From contig LVLI01000593.1 in NCBI GenBank assembly GCA_001687465.1, forward strand, positions 1 to 64,000: a stretch of DNA of 64,000 nucleotides, read 5' to 3'. Position 1 is the stretch's first letter, and each line of letters opens with the position of its first letter. This document shows, piece by piece, positions 36,003 to 46,856 of the stretch. Under the pieces are notes generated by a model. It made no database searches. It had not been told where the DNA came from and saw only the letters and a program-made list of their open reading frames with translations. The translations under genes and the position numbers were made by a program. This DNA is from Halocafeteria seosinensis (lineage: Eukaryota).

Positions 36003-39000
36003 TCATTGCTCTGGTTGGACTCCAGTCGTATCGTCCTGGACTTCTTCAGATTCACCCTTTTGCGACGTCTCGATGTCGTTGTTTGCCTCCTGTGCATCAA
36101 CACTCGCATCCGTCGTCGCGGCAGCCTCCATAGCGTCATCAAATTCATGCGCATGTCCTACTTCGGTTTCATGGCTATCCGCGCCCATCCTAGTCCTCGC
36201 TTCTTGAGGGCGACCTTCCCCGCCGCCTCCATTGTGTTCCGTATCACTCTCTAACCTCTGCTGTCTTCGAGTATTTCCTTGGGAGCTACTCGTCTCCTCC
36301 GTGTCCTCCCCCGTGACTTCTGCTTCATCCTGTGTGTGCAGAGACCCCGGCTGCTCGTCCTTGTGCGCCACATTCTCCGTTTCTGCTTCATTTCCATGGT
36401 GTCCTGAATCACCATCTTGGGCTTGGGTTACTGTTGGCGGCTCTCTGGTGTCCTCTGTATTGATTTTTGTCTCTTCTGCATCATCTTGCAATGCGTTTCC
36501 TTGTCCGTCTGTATTGTCCTCTTCTCCAAGACCTTCATCAGCCTGATGGTCACTTTCCTGTGAAGCGGTGGCATCTACAGGCGACTGGCTTCCCTGACGA
36601 CTTCCCTCCTCAGCCATCCTCATATCTGCTGCATCATCTTGCAATGCGCTTCCTTGTCCCTCTGCATTGCTCTCTTCTCTATGATCTTCATCAGTTTGAT
36701 GCTCACTTTGTTGAGGAGTGCCGGCAGCTACCGGCGACGGGGTTCCCTTAGCACTGCCCTCCCCAGTCATGTCTTCGTCTGCTGAATCATCTGGTGATGT
36801 GTTTCCTTGTCTGTCTGCATTGTCCTCTTCTCCAAGATCTTCATAAGTCTGGCGGCCACTTTCTTTTGGAGTGGTGGTAGCTACCGACGACTCGGTTCCT
36901 TTGTCCTTGTCTGCTGCATCATCTTGTGATGCGCCTTGAAAAAGATCTTGATCAGTCTGATGGTCATTTTCCTGTGAAGCGGTGGCAGCTACGGGAGACT
37001 GGCTTCCCTGACGACTTCCCTCCTCAGCCATCCTCATATCTGCTCTGTCCTTATCTGCTGCATCATCTTGCAATGCACCTCCTTGTCCCTCTGCATTGCT
37101 CTCTTCTCTATGATCTTCATCAGTTTGATGCTCACTTTGTTGAGGAGTGCTGGCAGCTACCGGCAACTGGGTTCCCTTAGCACTGCCCTCCCCAGTCATG
37201 TCCTCGTCTGCTGAATCATCTGGTGATGTGTTTCCTTGTCTGTCTGCATTGTCCTCTTCTCCAAGATCTTCATCAGTCTGACGGCCACTTTCTTTTGGAG
37301 TGGTGGTAGCTACCGACGACTCGGTTCCTTTGTCCTTGTCTGCTGCATCATCTTGTGATGCGCCTTCCTTTTCAAGATCTTGATCAGTCTGAAGGCCACT
37401 TTCTTGTGAAGCGGTGGCAGCTACGGGCGACTGGCTTCCCTCCTCAGCCATCCTCATATCTGCTCTGTCCTTATCTGCTACATCATCTTGCAATGCGCTT
37501 CCTTGTCCGTCTGAATTGCCCACTTCTCTAAGATCTCTAGCAGTCTGATGCCCACTTTCTTGTGGAGTGGTGGGAGCTACCGGCGACTGGGTTCTCTCCC
37601 CAGGCATCTTCATATCTGCTGTGTCCTTGGCTGCATGTGTCTCGGTCATCTCCGGTTGCTCGACTCTCGTACGTTCTGTACCTTTCTCGGTGTCTGCGGG
37701 AGCCCCGTCCACTGCTGTATTTTCTGCGCCTGGCCTTTCGTTTTCTGGAGCTTCACCGGGCGCTACATACGTATCAAGAATTTGCTTACTCTCACTTTCT
37801 ATTCCATCATCGTCCTGACCAGTTTTGTTTTCCATACCGTGAGGCGATTGCTCAGAGTCAATAGGCGTACCTCCAGAATCTGAAGTGTTGTTATTGCTCT
37901 CCGGTTTCGATTCATCGGCACCTCCAGAAACGTGGTTCGGTGCATCCATTTTCGACATTAATTTGTCATACTCTTGCATGGAACATTCATTCGCTTCGTT
38001 CGACTGGTTTTTCATTTCATTATCGGCGAGATCCAGTGATTGCTTTGGTGAAGAAGAATCTCCTTCAACGGTAAAACCACTTTGCTGCTCCCCTGTAACA
38101 TCCTCTCCATCAGACGTGGACAAGTCAGTGTTGGTCGGCCGATTGCTGGGCGAAAGTTCCTCAACTGCCCTACTACCGGACGCAGCAATGTTTCCGGTAA
38201 CAGAGAGTTCCATATTACTGTCACTCGCCGTGTTCTCCTTCTTGTCTACCTTATCAGTAGAGGCTTCGTTCCAGTTGACAAACTCTTCCCCCTCTACTGA
38301 CGCATCGTACATTTCAGCAGAGTACATCGCAGCGACATCATCATCCTCTGCCTTTTCTTCGTCGTCCGAGGACTTCAGCCGTTCCCCGCTACGAGTACGT
38401 GGAGGGACATATTCGTTGCGGGTGGACGTCTCTCCTGGAATTGTAGCCCCCTCCTCATTTCCGTTTCGGCTTCCTGTTGCACTCGTGGGGCGACCACGCC
38501 GACGAGCTGAGGTTGGACGCGCACCAGACGAGCCCTCCGTTGCAGCGGAAGGAGCTGCTCCGAACCTCGATAACTGATCAAAACTGTCATTTCCCAGAGA
38601 CACCCCGCCTTCACTCTTCATTGATCCGTTACTGTCGTCTCTTACACTATGTGACTGTTGCGAGTCTTGGTTGCGCCGTGAAGGCTGTTTCCGCGTGGAC
38701 TCAGAAGTACTGAACTCTCGAGCAAACTCTTCCTCGAAAGCCTTCTTCTCTTCTTCAGACTTCCAGCCGTCAGCCGCAGACGCGATGAACGGTTCTCGTA
38801 CGTTCTCGTCAGCCTTCTGTTCTTCGGACGCTTGTTCACGTCTTCTACTTCCGGCGCTAACGGGGCGTTGGTACCTTCTGCTTTCCGTCTCATGGGATCC
38901 TTCGAAGCCCCTCGTGACTGGTCTACTGTACCCAGATTGAGCCATTAATACCTGTCGTTCAAAGTCGTTGCTTTCAGCAGAATCGTCTTCAACAACCCCG

Positions 39001-39962
39001 GCGTCTTGTTCTTCAGCTCTCTTAGACGCTTGATAATGCTGTTGCGTAAAGTCTGTGGGAGCAGAAAGGGGGCGGTTGCGCTTGCTTTCTCGCTCAGGAG
39101 GGCGGCGGCCGAATGCTCTGTTGTCAGTTATGTAAGGCGACCCCTCTTCCATGTCGGACGAAGAAATCTTCGAGTCGGTATTGTCCCTTGGGCGAGGCAT
39201 GGCAGCCGAAGCTGGTCTTCGTTTGATTGGTCCTTCTTGTCTGCGATAAGGTTTGGCTGTTTGCGGCCGCTTTTGACGACCTCTGGATTTGGAACGAGGA
39301 CGTGGTTTCTTAGCAGTTCCCGGGTGTTCCTTTATGGGAGATAACACCGCTGTAGCAGGCCTTCCGGTTTCTACTCCAAGGCCTCGTCTCCCAGTTGCAA
39401 ATTCGGAAACTTGCTTCGCCAATTTGTTATGTCTCTTGCTATGCTCGCGTAGGGCCTTATCGCTATACGCGGGGCGCGCTTTCTGTATACGATCCAGCAT
39501 TGCCTGCAAGGAGTTGAAAGATAGATAATGTCACGACGAGGCATCCTCATTCAAGAACGGCAGTCCCGTCAAAAGATGCCGGACTTCAGTCGTTGCTATG
39601 AAAAGGAGTGGCAAACTTACCCTGTTCTCCTGCGTAATTCGTGCCAATTCGCGTCGCCGAACCCCGATATTCATCGAGAACGGTGCTGTGCTTCGCTTTT
39701 TATCCGTCGGTTTCCGGAGTATGTCTTGCATCCGATTGAGTAGAATGATATTCTCACGCTCTATTTCGAAGTTCCGTTCATCCTGTATAGCCTCCCTCTT
39801 CTTATTATGGCGAAGATGAGGCATTCGAGGAGGAGGGCCATTGTCGACTTTGGGCTGCACATGACCCAATGCAGACACATGGTTCAAGTAAGTGTGCTCA
39901 TCCTGTTTCGCAGCAATTATGTGATTCGCACACCGGCGTGTGCGTCGTTCCATATACGCCAT
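36003..39962 (-). CDS. CFAP97/hemingway (KIAA1430)-domain protein with long acidic repetitive tail, 2 exons
   Basis: VDNGPPPRMPHLRHNKKR..IQDERNFEIERENIILLNRM...SMNIGVRRRELARITQEN|AMLDRIQKARPAY is the ciliary CFAP97D-type domain; an intron joins ORFs 39531-39962 and 36003-39509. Confidence 0.8.
36470..37630 (-). repeat. Coding tandem repeat with ~429-nt higher-order period
   Basis: Near-identical blocks 429 nt apart (e.g. tctgcattgctctcttctctatgatc at 36661 and 37090), each built from related QSPVA.T.QES.HQTD...QDDAAD subunits. Confidence 0.9.
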
Positions 39963-40655
39963 TTTGGCCGCATAGAGGGTTTATCGCCCGAAAAATCGGG
40001 GGCGCCAAGGCCGTTAACGAACAAGCAAAAAGACAGAAAACCTGCCCACACAAGTCGCACGTTCGCTACAGACATACACCGAAACTCTCACTCGTAGCAG
40101 ATGATACCAGGCACCCCAAACAACTTTGTACAGGGCAATATAGTGGTAAAACAAGGGAAATACAACCCGGAAAAGCGACCCAAATATTGAGTGAAACATT
40201 TGTTTGCTCGCTTCAGTCGGAGACGTTTGTTGAAGTTCGAACGTCAACCGGGTGACTCAAGCCTTGAGTCTCGAGTCTCAAGTTGACTCTCAACCCATGC
40301 TACGGTAACGTGGGCGTTACAACACTGCTTATACTTCCCTTGAATTACATTTTCTTGTGTAACGACCATTTTTAACCTAATTTCGCTCTATATGAGCCAG
40401 CGAAGCCCCCACTTCTCAATCATTCAATGAATACTGAGTTAGTCGCGAGACTTCCAAACTTCTAACCTAATCTTGGACAAAATCAAAAGTACAACACAAT
40501 TTACCATCTATGCCCACACACTAGTGCTACCACGATTATCAAAAATTCATTGCCAAACACGAAGTTAGCACACCGTTTGCGTTAGTTCGGCCCTGGCTGC
40601 TTGTGCGAGTTGCCTCATGTAATGGGCTTGAAAGAGCATGTACCAATGTCTTGTC

Positions 40656-41525
40656 TTAGTAGCCCGTTCTAGCAGCCATTGCCCTCTCTCTGATCAAATT
40701 CTTGATTAAGTCTAGAGATTGATTACTGATCTGGTTTCCCCATAAACGCAATCCAGTCAAGGTTGAGGATGGATTGGCCCGCAACCCTTCGGCCAATGCG
40801 TGAACGCCCGTATCGCTGATTTGATTCTTCTCCAGGAAGAGCATATCCAATGTAGTATTGGTACGCACGGCATCAGCCAACGATCGCGCACCTGCATCAC
40901 CGATCTGGTTGCCATCCAAGTATATCACGGACAGTCCCGCGTTGACACACAAAGCGTCCGCCAGGTGCTGAGCACCGGTATCACCGATCTGGTTCTCGTT
41001 CACGTAAAGCTTGGTCAAGCTCCTATTAACTCGCAAAGCATCTGCCAGATGTTGGGCACCTGTATCACTGATTTGATTTTCTTGCAAATTGAGATCCTTC
41101 AGGGCCGTGTTGACGCGCAAGGCCTCCGCCAAATATTGAGCTCCTACATCAGTAACTTGATTACCCCATAGCCACAACCTTGTCAGTGTCGAATTGCCAT
41201 CGCGCAAGACCTCAGCCAAACACTGAGCACCCGCATCACTGACTCGATTCCCATCCAACGAGAGGTTGGTCAGTCCCGTGTTGACACGCAAGGCATCCGC
41301 CAAGTGTTTAGCACCTACATCAGTGATTTGGTTTGTGACTAACACGAGTGAAACCAAAGCCGTATTGCTGCGCAAGGCGTCGGCTATGTCTTGCGCATCT
41401 TTGTCATCCAACTTCGTCTCCGCAAGGTGATGAATACATGTACTGGTATGTGTCAATTCGGGATCATTTTCTCGAATTCGCTGAATAATCTGCTGCACTC
41501 GTTGCTCAGCCTCCGGTGTCCTCAT
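40656..41525 (-). CDS. Leucine-rich repeat protein (ribonuclease-inhibitor/NLRC3-like 28-aa LRRs)
   Basis: About eight repeats of L..L.L..NQI.D.GA..LA.AL..N; intronless; probable start MRTPEAEQ at 41525. Confidence 0.92.
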   Translation of the reverse strand: MRTPEAEQRVQQIIQRIRENDPELTHTSTCIHHLAETKLDDKDAQDIADALRSNTALVSLVLVTNQITDVGAKHLADALRVNTGLTNLSLDGNRVSDAGAQCLAEVLRDGNSTLTRLWLWGNQVTDVGAQYLAEALRVNTALKDLNLQENQISDTGAQHLADALRVNRSLTKLYVNENQIGDTGAQHLADALCVNAGLSVIYLDGNQIGDAGARSLADAVRTNTTLDMLFLEKNQISDTGVHALAEGLRANPSSTLTGLRLWGNQISNQSLDLIKNLIRERAMAARTGY

Positions 41526-43013
41526 GGTTGTCTCTCTGTGTGTTCCTTTCTTTGGGCGAACGATGAGAACTATATGTTTATGAGCGTCATTGCAACCCAC
41601 AGTGACTGTCAGTGAGTCCGAAGAGGTGTCGCAACACGGAACAGACCAAAGGCTTCAAAGCAACGGCTCGCCAACGAAGCGCAAGCGGAAGTGAGCGAGC
41701 GGATGAGTCGCCGTGGGTGAAACGATGGAAATGAACTGTAAAGTGTGGTAGGTCACTGTAGGTGGTCCAGTACGTGCATGACTCCTAGTTTGCTAGCGAC
41801 TACAGTAGAGTGAGTGTGATACCGTACACAGTTACTCGAGTGTATGAACACTACGACGGATGACTTCCGGTCCCAATACCAAAAACATAGGTACTGTAAT
41901 CCGCTGCAGTAGTGTACATACACAATTGCAACTCGAACCTGCTATTAAAACAGGCTCTACCCCTTGTCGGGGTTCGTCGCTCTACCGCCGGAGAAGTTAG
42001 ATTGCACTCGAGTTTCCTGTGAGTTGACGACTTCAGGCTCATATTCGATAGACCAGCTAGACTATATGGTCAAGGCGGGTATCGACGCTTGGGCCAAAAC
42101 GCATTTCTTCATGGAAATTGTTTACTTCATCCATATCTAGGGAAGCGATCTGAACTCTTCGACAATGAGGATGCTCCAGATCGAAAACTACCACGGTACG
42201 CTAAGCTTCGGAGAACCCTGCAATTCAACAAGCAGAGTTACTAATGTTCGATGGGAATGTGACGGGTCAGATCATTCGACACGGTCAGCCCGCGCATAAG
42301 TGAGCCCTCGCAGCGAGCAATCTCGCAATGACTCTAACCTCAGAGCAACATAGAATAGCTCTGCGGGCTGGTGTCATTGCCACATCGTTCTTTTCCAACA
42401 AGGACGCAGTAAACTTACCTGCCTTCAGAGATCAAGCGAATGCTTCCCGCTAGTGGAACTGCGACAGCAACAAGAGCATGTATGCGACATAGGTACGCGA
42501 ACAAATCCTGCGACCAGTCGGGTTACCAATACAGCCGACCGGGCACTTTGATCATTTTACTCCCTACGCATGTTCAGTATAGCAATGTCTCTAACTACTA
42601 AGCTATTTGATAGTAACTTGAGTAGCCTTGTAACATTGCATGGTGCGATTTGCACCGAGACGGTATCCAGACTCCGTCGTAAGAGCAGGAGTGTAGCGAA
42701 AGGTCTTACTTGACGGTGCCGCTAGTACAAGTCAAACTCTCTGCCAATTTACCTGCAATGCACACCGCTGTATCGCGTTATAGGCAACAGGGAACTGCAA
42801 TGTACGGCGAGATTGGGACGAGCATTGATCATCATAGAGCGAGCAGCTCGCACATAGCCCTCCGATACTTATATTGCAACCCCTTAGAACCACAAAGTCA
42901 AGCAAAATCTTTCGTAGTAGCCTTGCAATCGAGGATTGCGTGGGCGAATTTATGTTTAATATAAGACGCAAAGACATACCTCGAACAATCGCCCCTAAGC
43001 CTTGCGTTCCTGG

Positions 43014-45210
43014 ATGACCCTTCATACTTGCATACCCCATATGGGCCATCGGACATGTGTTCGGTGTTCTCATTCACATTCTCTAATTCTTTGTCAGGAA
43101 TTGCACGTATTTCAAGAAGAATTCTCCAACCTTTCTCGTAGCCAGTTTCGTAGAATTGTGTGCTGCTTTGTCCTTACATTTGCTATAGCGATCCAAGCAA
43201 GGTGAGAACTGGAACTCTGTTTGGCACTCCACTCAGGTCAGGCATCTCGCTGTCTCTCACCCATTTAACACGGTGCCTCTGTAGAACCGATTGACCAAGT
43301 ACGCCTACTGTCCACTAGTGTCGCGCGCATCGTTAACAAATCATCAGTTTAATTTTGCTGTATGAGCGAGAAAGGGTTTCGAGATACACCTTGGAATCAT
43401 ATGGAATGTTCCATAAATTGTTCGACACTACCGCAGAGCACTTTGTTCACAAGTTGAATGACAGCGCCTTATAGAACATCAAAACGTGTATTCTGTTGAG
43501 GTATTTAAAATCAAATTTCGTTTACTATTTATTACCTTCGATACTTACCCACTTGGGTACCACCACACGAATCCCCATTGGGGATCTTCATTGACATGTG
43601 GTACAAGTGTAGCGAGCGAAAGATGGAAGAAACGGGAATCGCTTCTGACTGGGTACAACCTTTCAACTGTGCACACTCCAACGGGTATCCACTCCAGCGG
43701 CAATAATTGTGTAATACTATTTTAACGCGAAGGGCACTGCTGGTAGAGCGTATTATATTCGATGCCGATGATCCCGCAATTACGACACCTAGGTGAGACA
43801 AAATCGCCATCATTCCAAAGAAAAAGTTCCATATCTAGAGAGTGCTAGAGAGCTCCTGGGTTGGGATGGAATGGCCGAACCATTTGCTGCCCGTGACCTC
43901 TGTAACCAGTGGAGGTAGTATTGGTTTGCGGGAGCTCCTCCATCTTACCCTTCCTTTGTCGGATCGGTCAATTGACTTGATCTGGATGTGTTTGACAGTG
44001 GCAGCCATGCTGGCGATGAAGACAGACGAAGAAATGCTCAACTACGAGATTAAGCCAGACATCTCACAAAGATGGGTACGAGTGCCATCATTACACTTAA
44101 GTTTGTGGGTACAGTACTTCAGTTTAGTTGCGGCCAGTTATGGTAGTTACGGATGAGTAATAAACGGAGATGATCAGGTGCTTTGGTCCGTTTTATACCA
44201 CAACCCAACTTTCTCCCCCTCTCTATTGCGGATTCGATAGCGCTCTTCGCTTCATCCGTTACTGCAACTACTTGAGCAAACCTATCCAGATCTTGCTTCC
44301 ACGTTGCAGCCATGAGAACAGGGAAACCACTGGTGTGCAAAGCTTTGATATGCCTTTTTGTGATCCTCCCTGGTGAAGATACTTGCTTCCTTTGCGGTTT
44401 GGGTAAGCGACCTCCGCAACAATCTGATCAAAGGGTCTAGCTCTACCGCCGTTAGCCGCCAATCAACAGAATCATCGGGAAGACCGGCCACTTCTCGTTT
44501 GTGGGTGTACAACTGGAGGTAGAATACCAGTATCTGGAGACTCGCTCCGCTTTTCTCGAACGTTATCTAAAGCATTCAAGTGCAGATTCCTCCATTCACT
44601 TTCTTGTTTCTCTTGTCCGTCTTGAAGGTTTTCGAAGACACAGTTAACCGGTACAAACGACACCAGTGACATGAGGTGTCTGCCGATTAGTCTGCAAAAC
44701 CGACCGCCCCCAATACAGAACGCATGGAAATCGACAACGCTAAACAACGCAGCCGGCGGGGACTTCAAAATGACCCGGTTACACACCTCATTGCATTGGA
44801 CCGCATCACCCGCCCACCCGACTGTACTAATCGCATCCGTTCGAGGCCTCGGTGTGCAGGGGTGTCTCCGCAGATTTTGGAATTGAGAGGGTCTGGATAA
44901 TAAGGCTGGATTCCTTCTTGTACTATGTCGGTATTGCAACCACTAGACAGAAGTTTCATGACACCTTTCAAAATACTTGTGACAACATCAGTGACTACAT
45001 TCTGCGAACAAGCGAAAAATGCGACTAGGCGAACAAGCACGGTAAGCGCAAGACCTCCTTACCTTACCCGCTGAGGGAGAAAGGTCAATAGCCGCTGCTT
45101 CACAGCTCCGAATACATGCGGGGACAGCCTGAAAACATACCGGGCGCGCTGGAGGAAAATGCCATTCCTTCCGCGGTACGTAAAGGAACATTTCGAATTT
45201 TCTGTCTTCA
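43014..45210 (+). pseudogene. Decayed copy of the patatin triacylglycerol lipase gene at 50298-53509
   Basis: Colinear remnants: ILAYPIWAIG (vs LISFPLWVIG), ESYGM...DSAL*N (vs DSHGL...NSALYN), SKEKVPYLESAR (vs KSKKRTFFEHAR), VTSGGSI (vs GTSGGSI). Exon 43999-44071 differs from 51177-51249 at 6 of 73 nt. Stops and frame changes present; 3' extent is weakly supported. Confidence 0.7.
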
Positions 45211-45633
45211 TTGCCATCCTGGAACTTTTCGGAAGAGCTTGAGGTATAGCAACGGGACTGTTACGAACAGTAGAAACAAGGCAATATTGACCATGCCGGA
45301 CTCTGAGGTGTAGTGATACAGAATCTGTTGAAAGGTCCACTGCCGAATGAACAGTCCCACTGACCAATCCGCTAGCAGGACGACCGAAAGGCCCGAGATG
45401 CCCATCACGAGACGCGGTAGAGGCTCTTCTCCCACATTCCAGCGTCGGATGAACCTCGGGGCCGTGAAGAGCATCGCCAAGACCAGTACGGGTGCTTCAG
45501 CAAGTACGGCCAGAGACGCATTCCCACCCACTAGCGGAAGCAAAAACAGCTCTCGAATGGGGCCCATGACGAATCCAACAGCAAATACGACAAGCGAGTA
45601 TACTACCCCGGCCTGTATAGACCGCTTCAACAT
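45208..45633 (-). CDS. Small ~4-TM uncharacterised membrane protein of bacterial type
   Basis: Intronless 141-aa ORF MLKRSIQAGVVYSLVVFAVGFVMGPIRELFLLPLVG...AVLAEAPVL...RLVMG...SGMV..ALFLLF..VPLL. Confidence 0.75.
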   Translation of the reverse strand: MLKRSIQAGVVYSLVVFAVGFVMGPIRELFLLPLVGGNASLAVLAEAPVLVLAMLFTAPRFIRRWNVGEEPLPRLVMGISGLSVVLLADWSVGLFIRQWTFQQILYHYTSESGMVNIALFLLFVTVPLLYLKLFRKVPGWQ

Positions 45634-46856
45634 CGTGTGTGTTACGTGCTGGAGAGTCGAGCTGGAGTGTACTAGTACTTGTGTATCTTGTGAATACCGC
45701 TCGGTATGGCAACAAGAGCAGCGCAAATGAGGCTTTCAAAACATTAATTATGTTGATGAGCTGTATGATGTTGTCGCGCAATCAAAACGATTGTCTTGGT
45801 AGACTGATGGCAAATCAGCGTCAACGTATTACGATTTGTCGTGAAGAACCACAAATTTGAATTTGGAAATGTTGAAACCAGCAACTTTGTCATTCAAATG
45901 TGACGGGTATCCAAATACGCATCAGCATAGGCTTTGTTACACTAATATCTACCAGTGTTCATCCGCTACTGCGGTTGCTGTCTCGTTATACGGGAGAATA
46001 ATTTGTTTGATTTGCCTGGTTGGACAAGCTGAACCCGTGTAACGGGGCCGTGTTCCAGTGGACAGCGGGAACAGATTCTTATGGTTGCTTAAGTTACAAA
46101 TTCGCAGGAGAGTGTAAATGAGACTAGCAAGCATGAATGGAGCGTGAAATGCACGTCAAGGTTCAAGCAGCCGGAAGTCACAATTATGATAACCACGTCT
46201 TCGACAGCCGGCGTACGTTTCGTGATTAGGGAGCGATTGAAAGAAAGAGTGAAAGGAAGATCTTAGGATGAAATTTAGAGTGAGGTGTCGCTCGCTAACC
46301 AGTGTAAGAGTGACAAAGCAATGGAACATGACCATGATAACACGAACGAGACAGATAGAGAACGATTCCGGATAACAATTTGACGCTGGTAGAGGTTGTG
46401 AATCGGACTTACCGCTGCATCCAGGCGCAAGTATCGGGGGAAATTATTAGACCATTCCAGCAGACTCTCTATTACCCTGTCGATGGTTACTAGGTGTGAA
46501 AAAAGTCGATATATGAGCTCTCTTTACAATAAACCGAAGATAAAGGCGTCACAAGACCGCGAAGGAGCCTTAACCTATCATGGTCAATCATGAATGAATG
46601 CGATGCTGAGTTCCATCGCTGCTGGGAAACCCATGACGGAGAGCCTCAGAACTTTACGCGCCGTAGCCAATTCTAGCAACAAAGATAGTTGTTGAGCTTG
46701 AGAATGGTGATTGCAAGCAACACTTCGAGACGATTCCAAACATTGAGTTACCGTGGCAGATTTTTAAGGATTCGCTTATATTTGTTTTCCGACTAAACCG
46801 ACAACACAAACACGACTAACCTTTGCTACACTTCAGCACCATCAGGGTAGAATGGA

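Noticed and set aside
36470..37630. CRISPR-like array
   Set aside because: Repeats are in-frame coding units without unique spacers; eukaryotic context and no cas genes.
3294..43474. TAG reassigned to Tyr (in-frame TAG at Tyr positions at 3294 and 43472)
   Set aside because: Both lie in decayed sequence, Tyr codons are one change from TAG, and intact genes here (SmB, RRP12, PAP) end in TAG.
44119..45191. Separate minus-strand gene from several short ORFs
   Set aside because: No coherent spliced model; the region is better explained as + strand lipase remnants.
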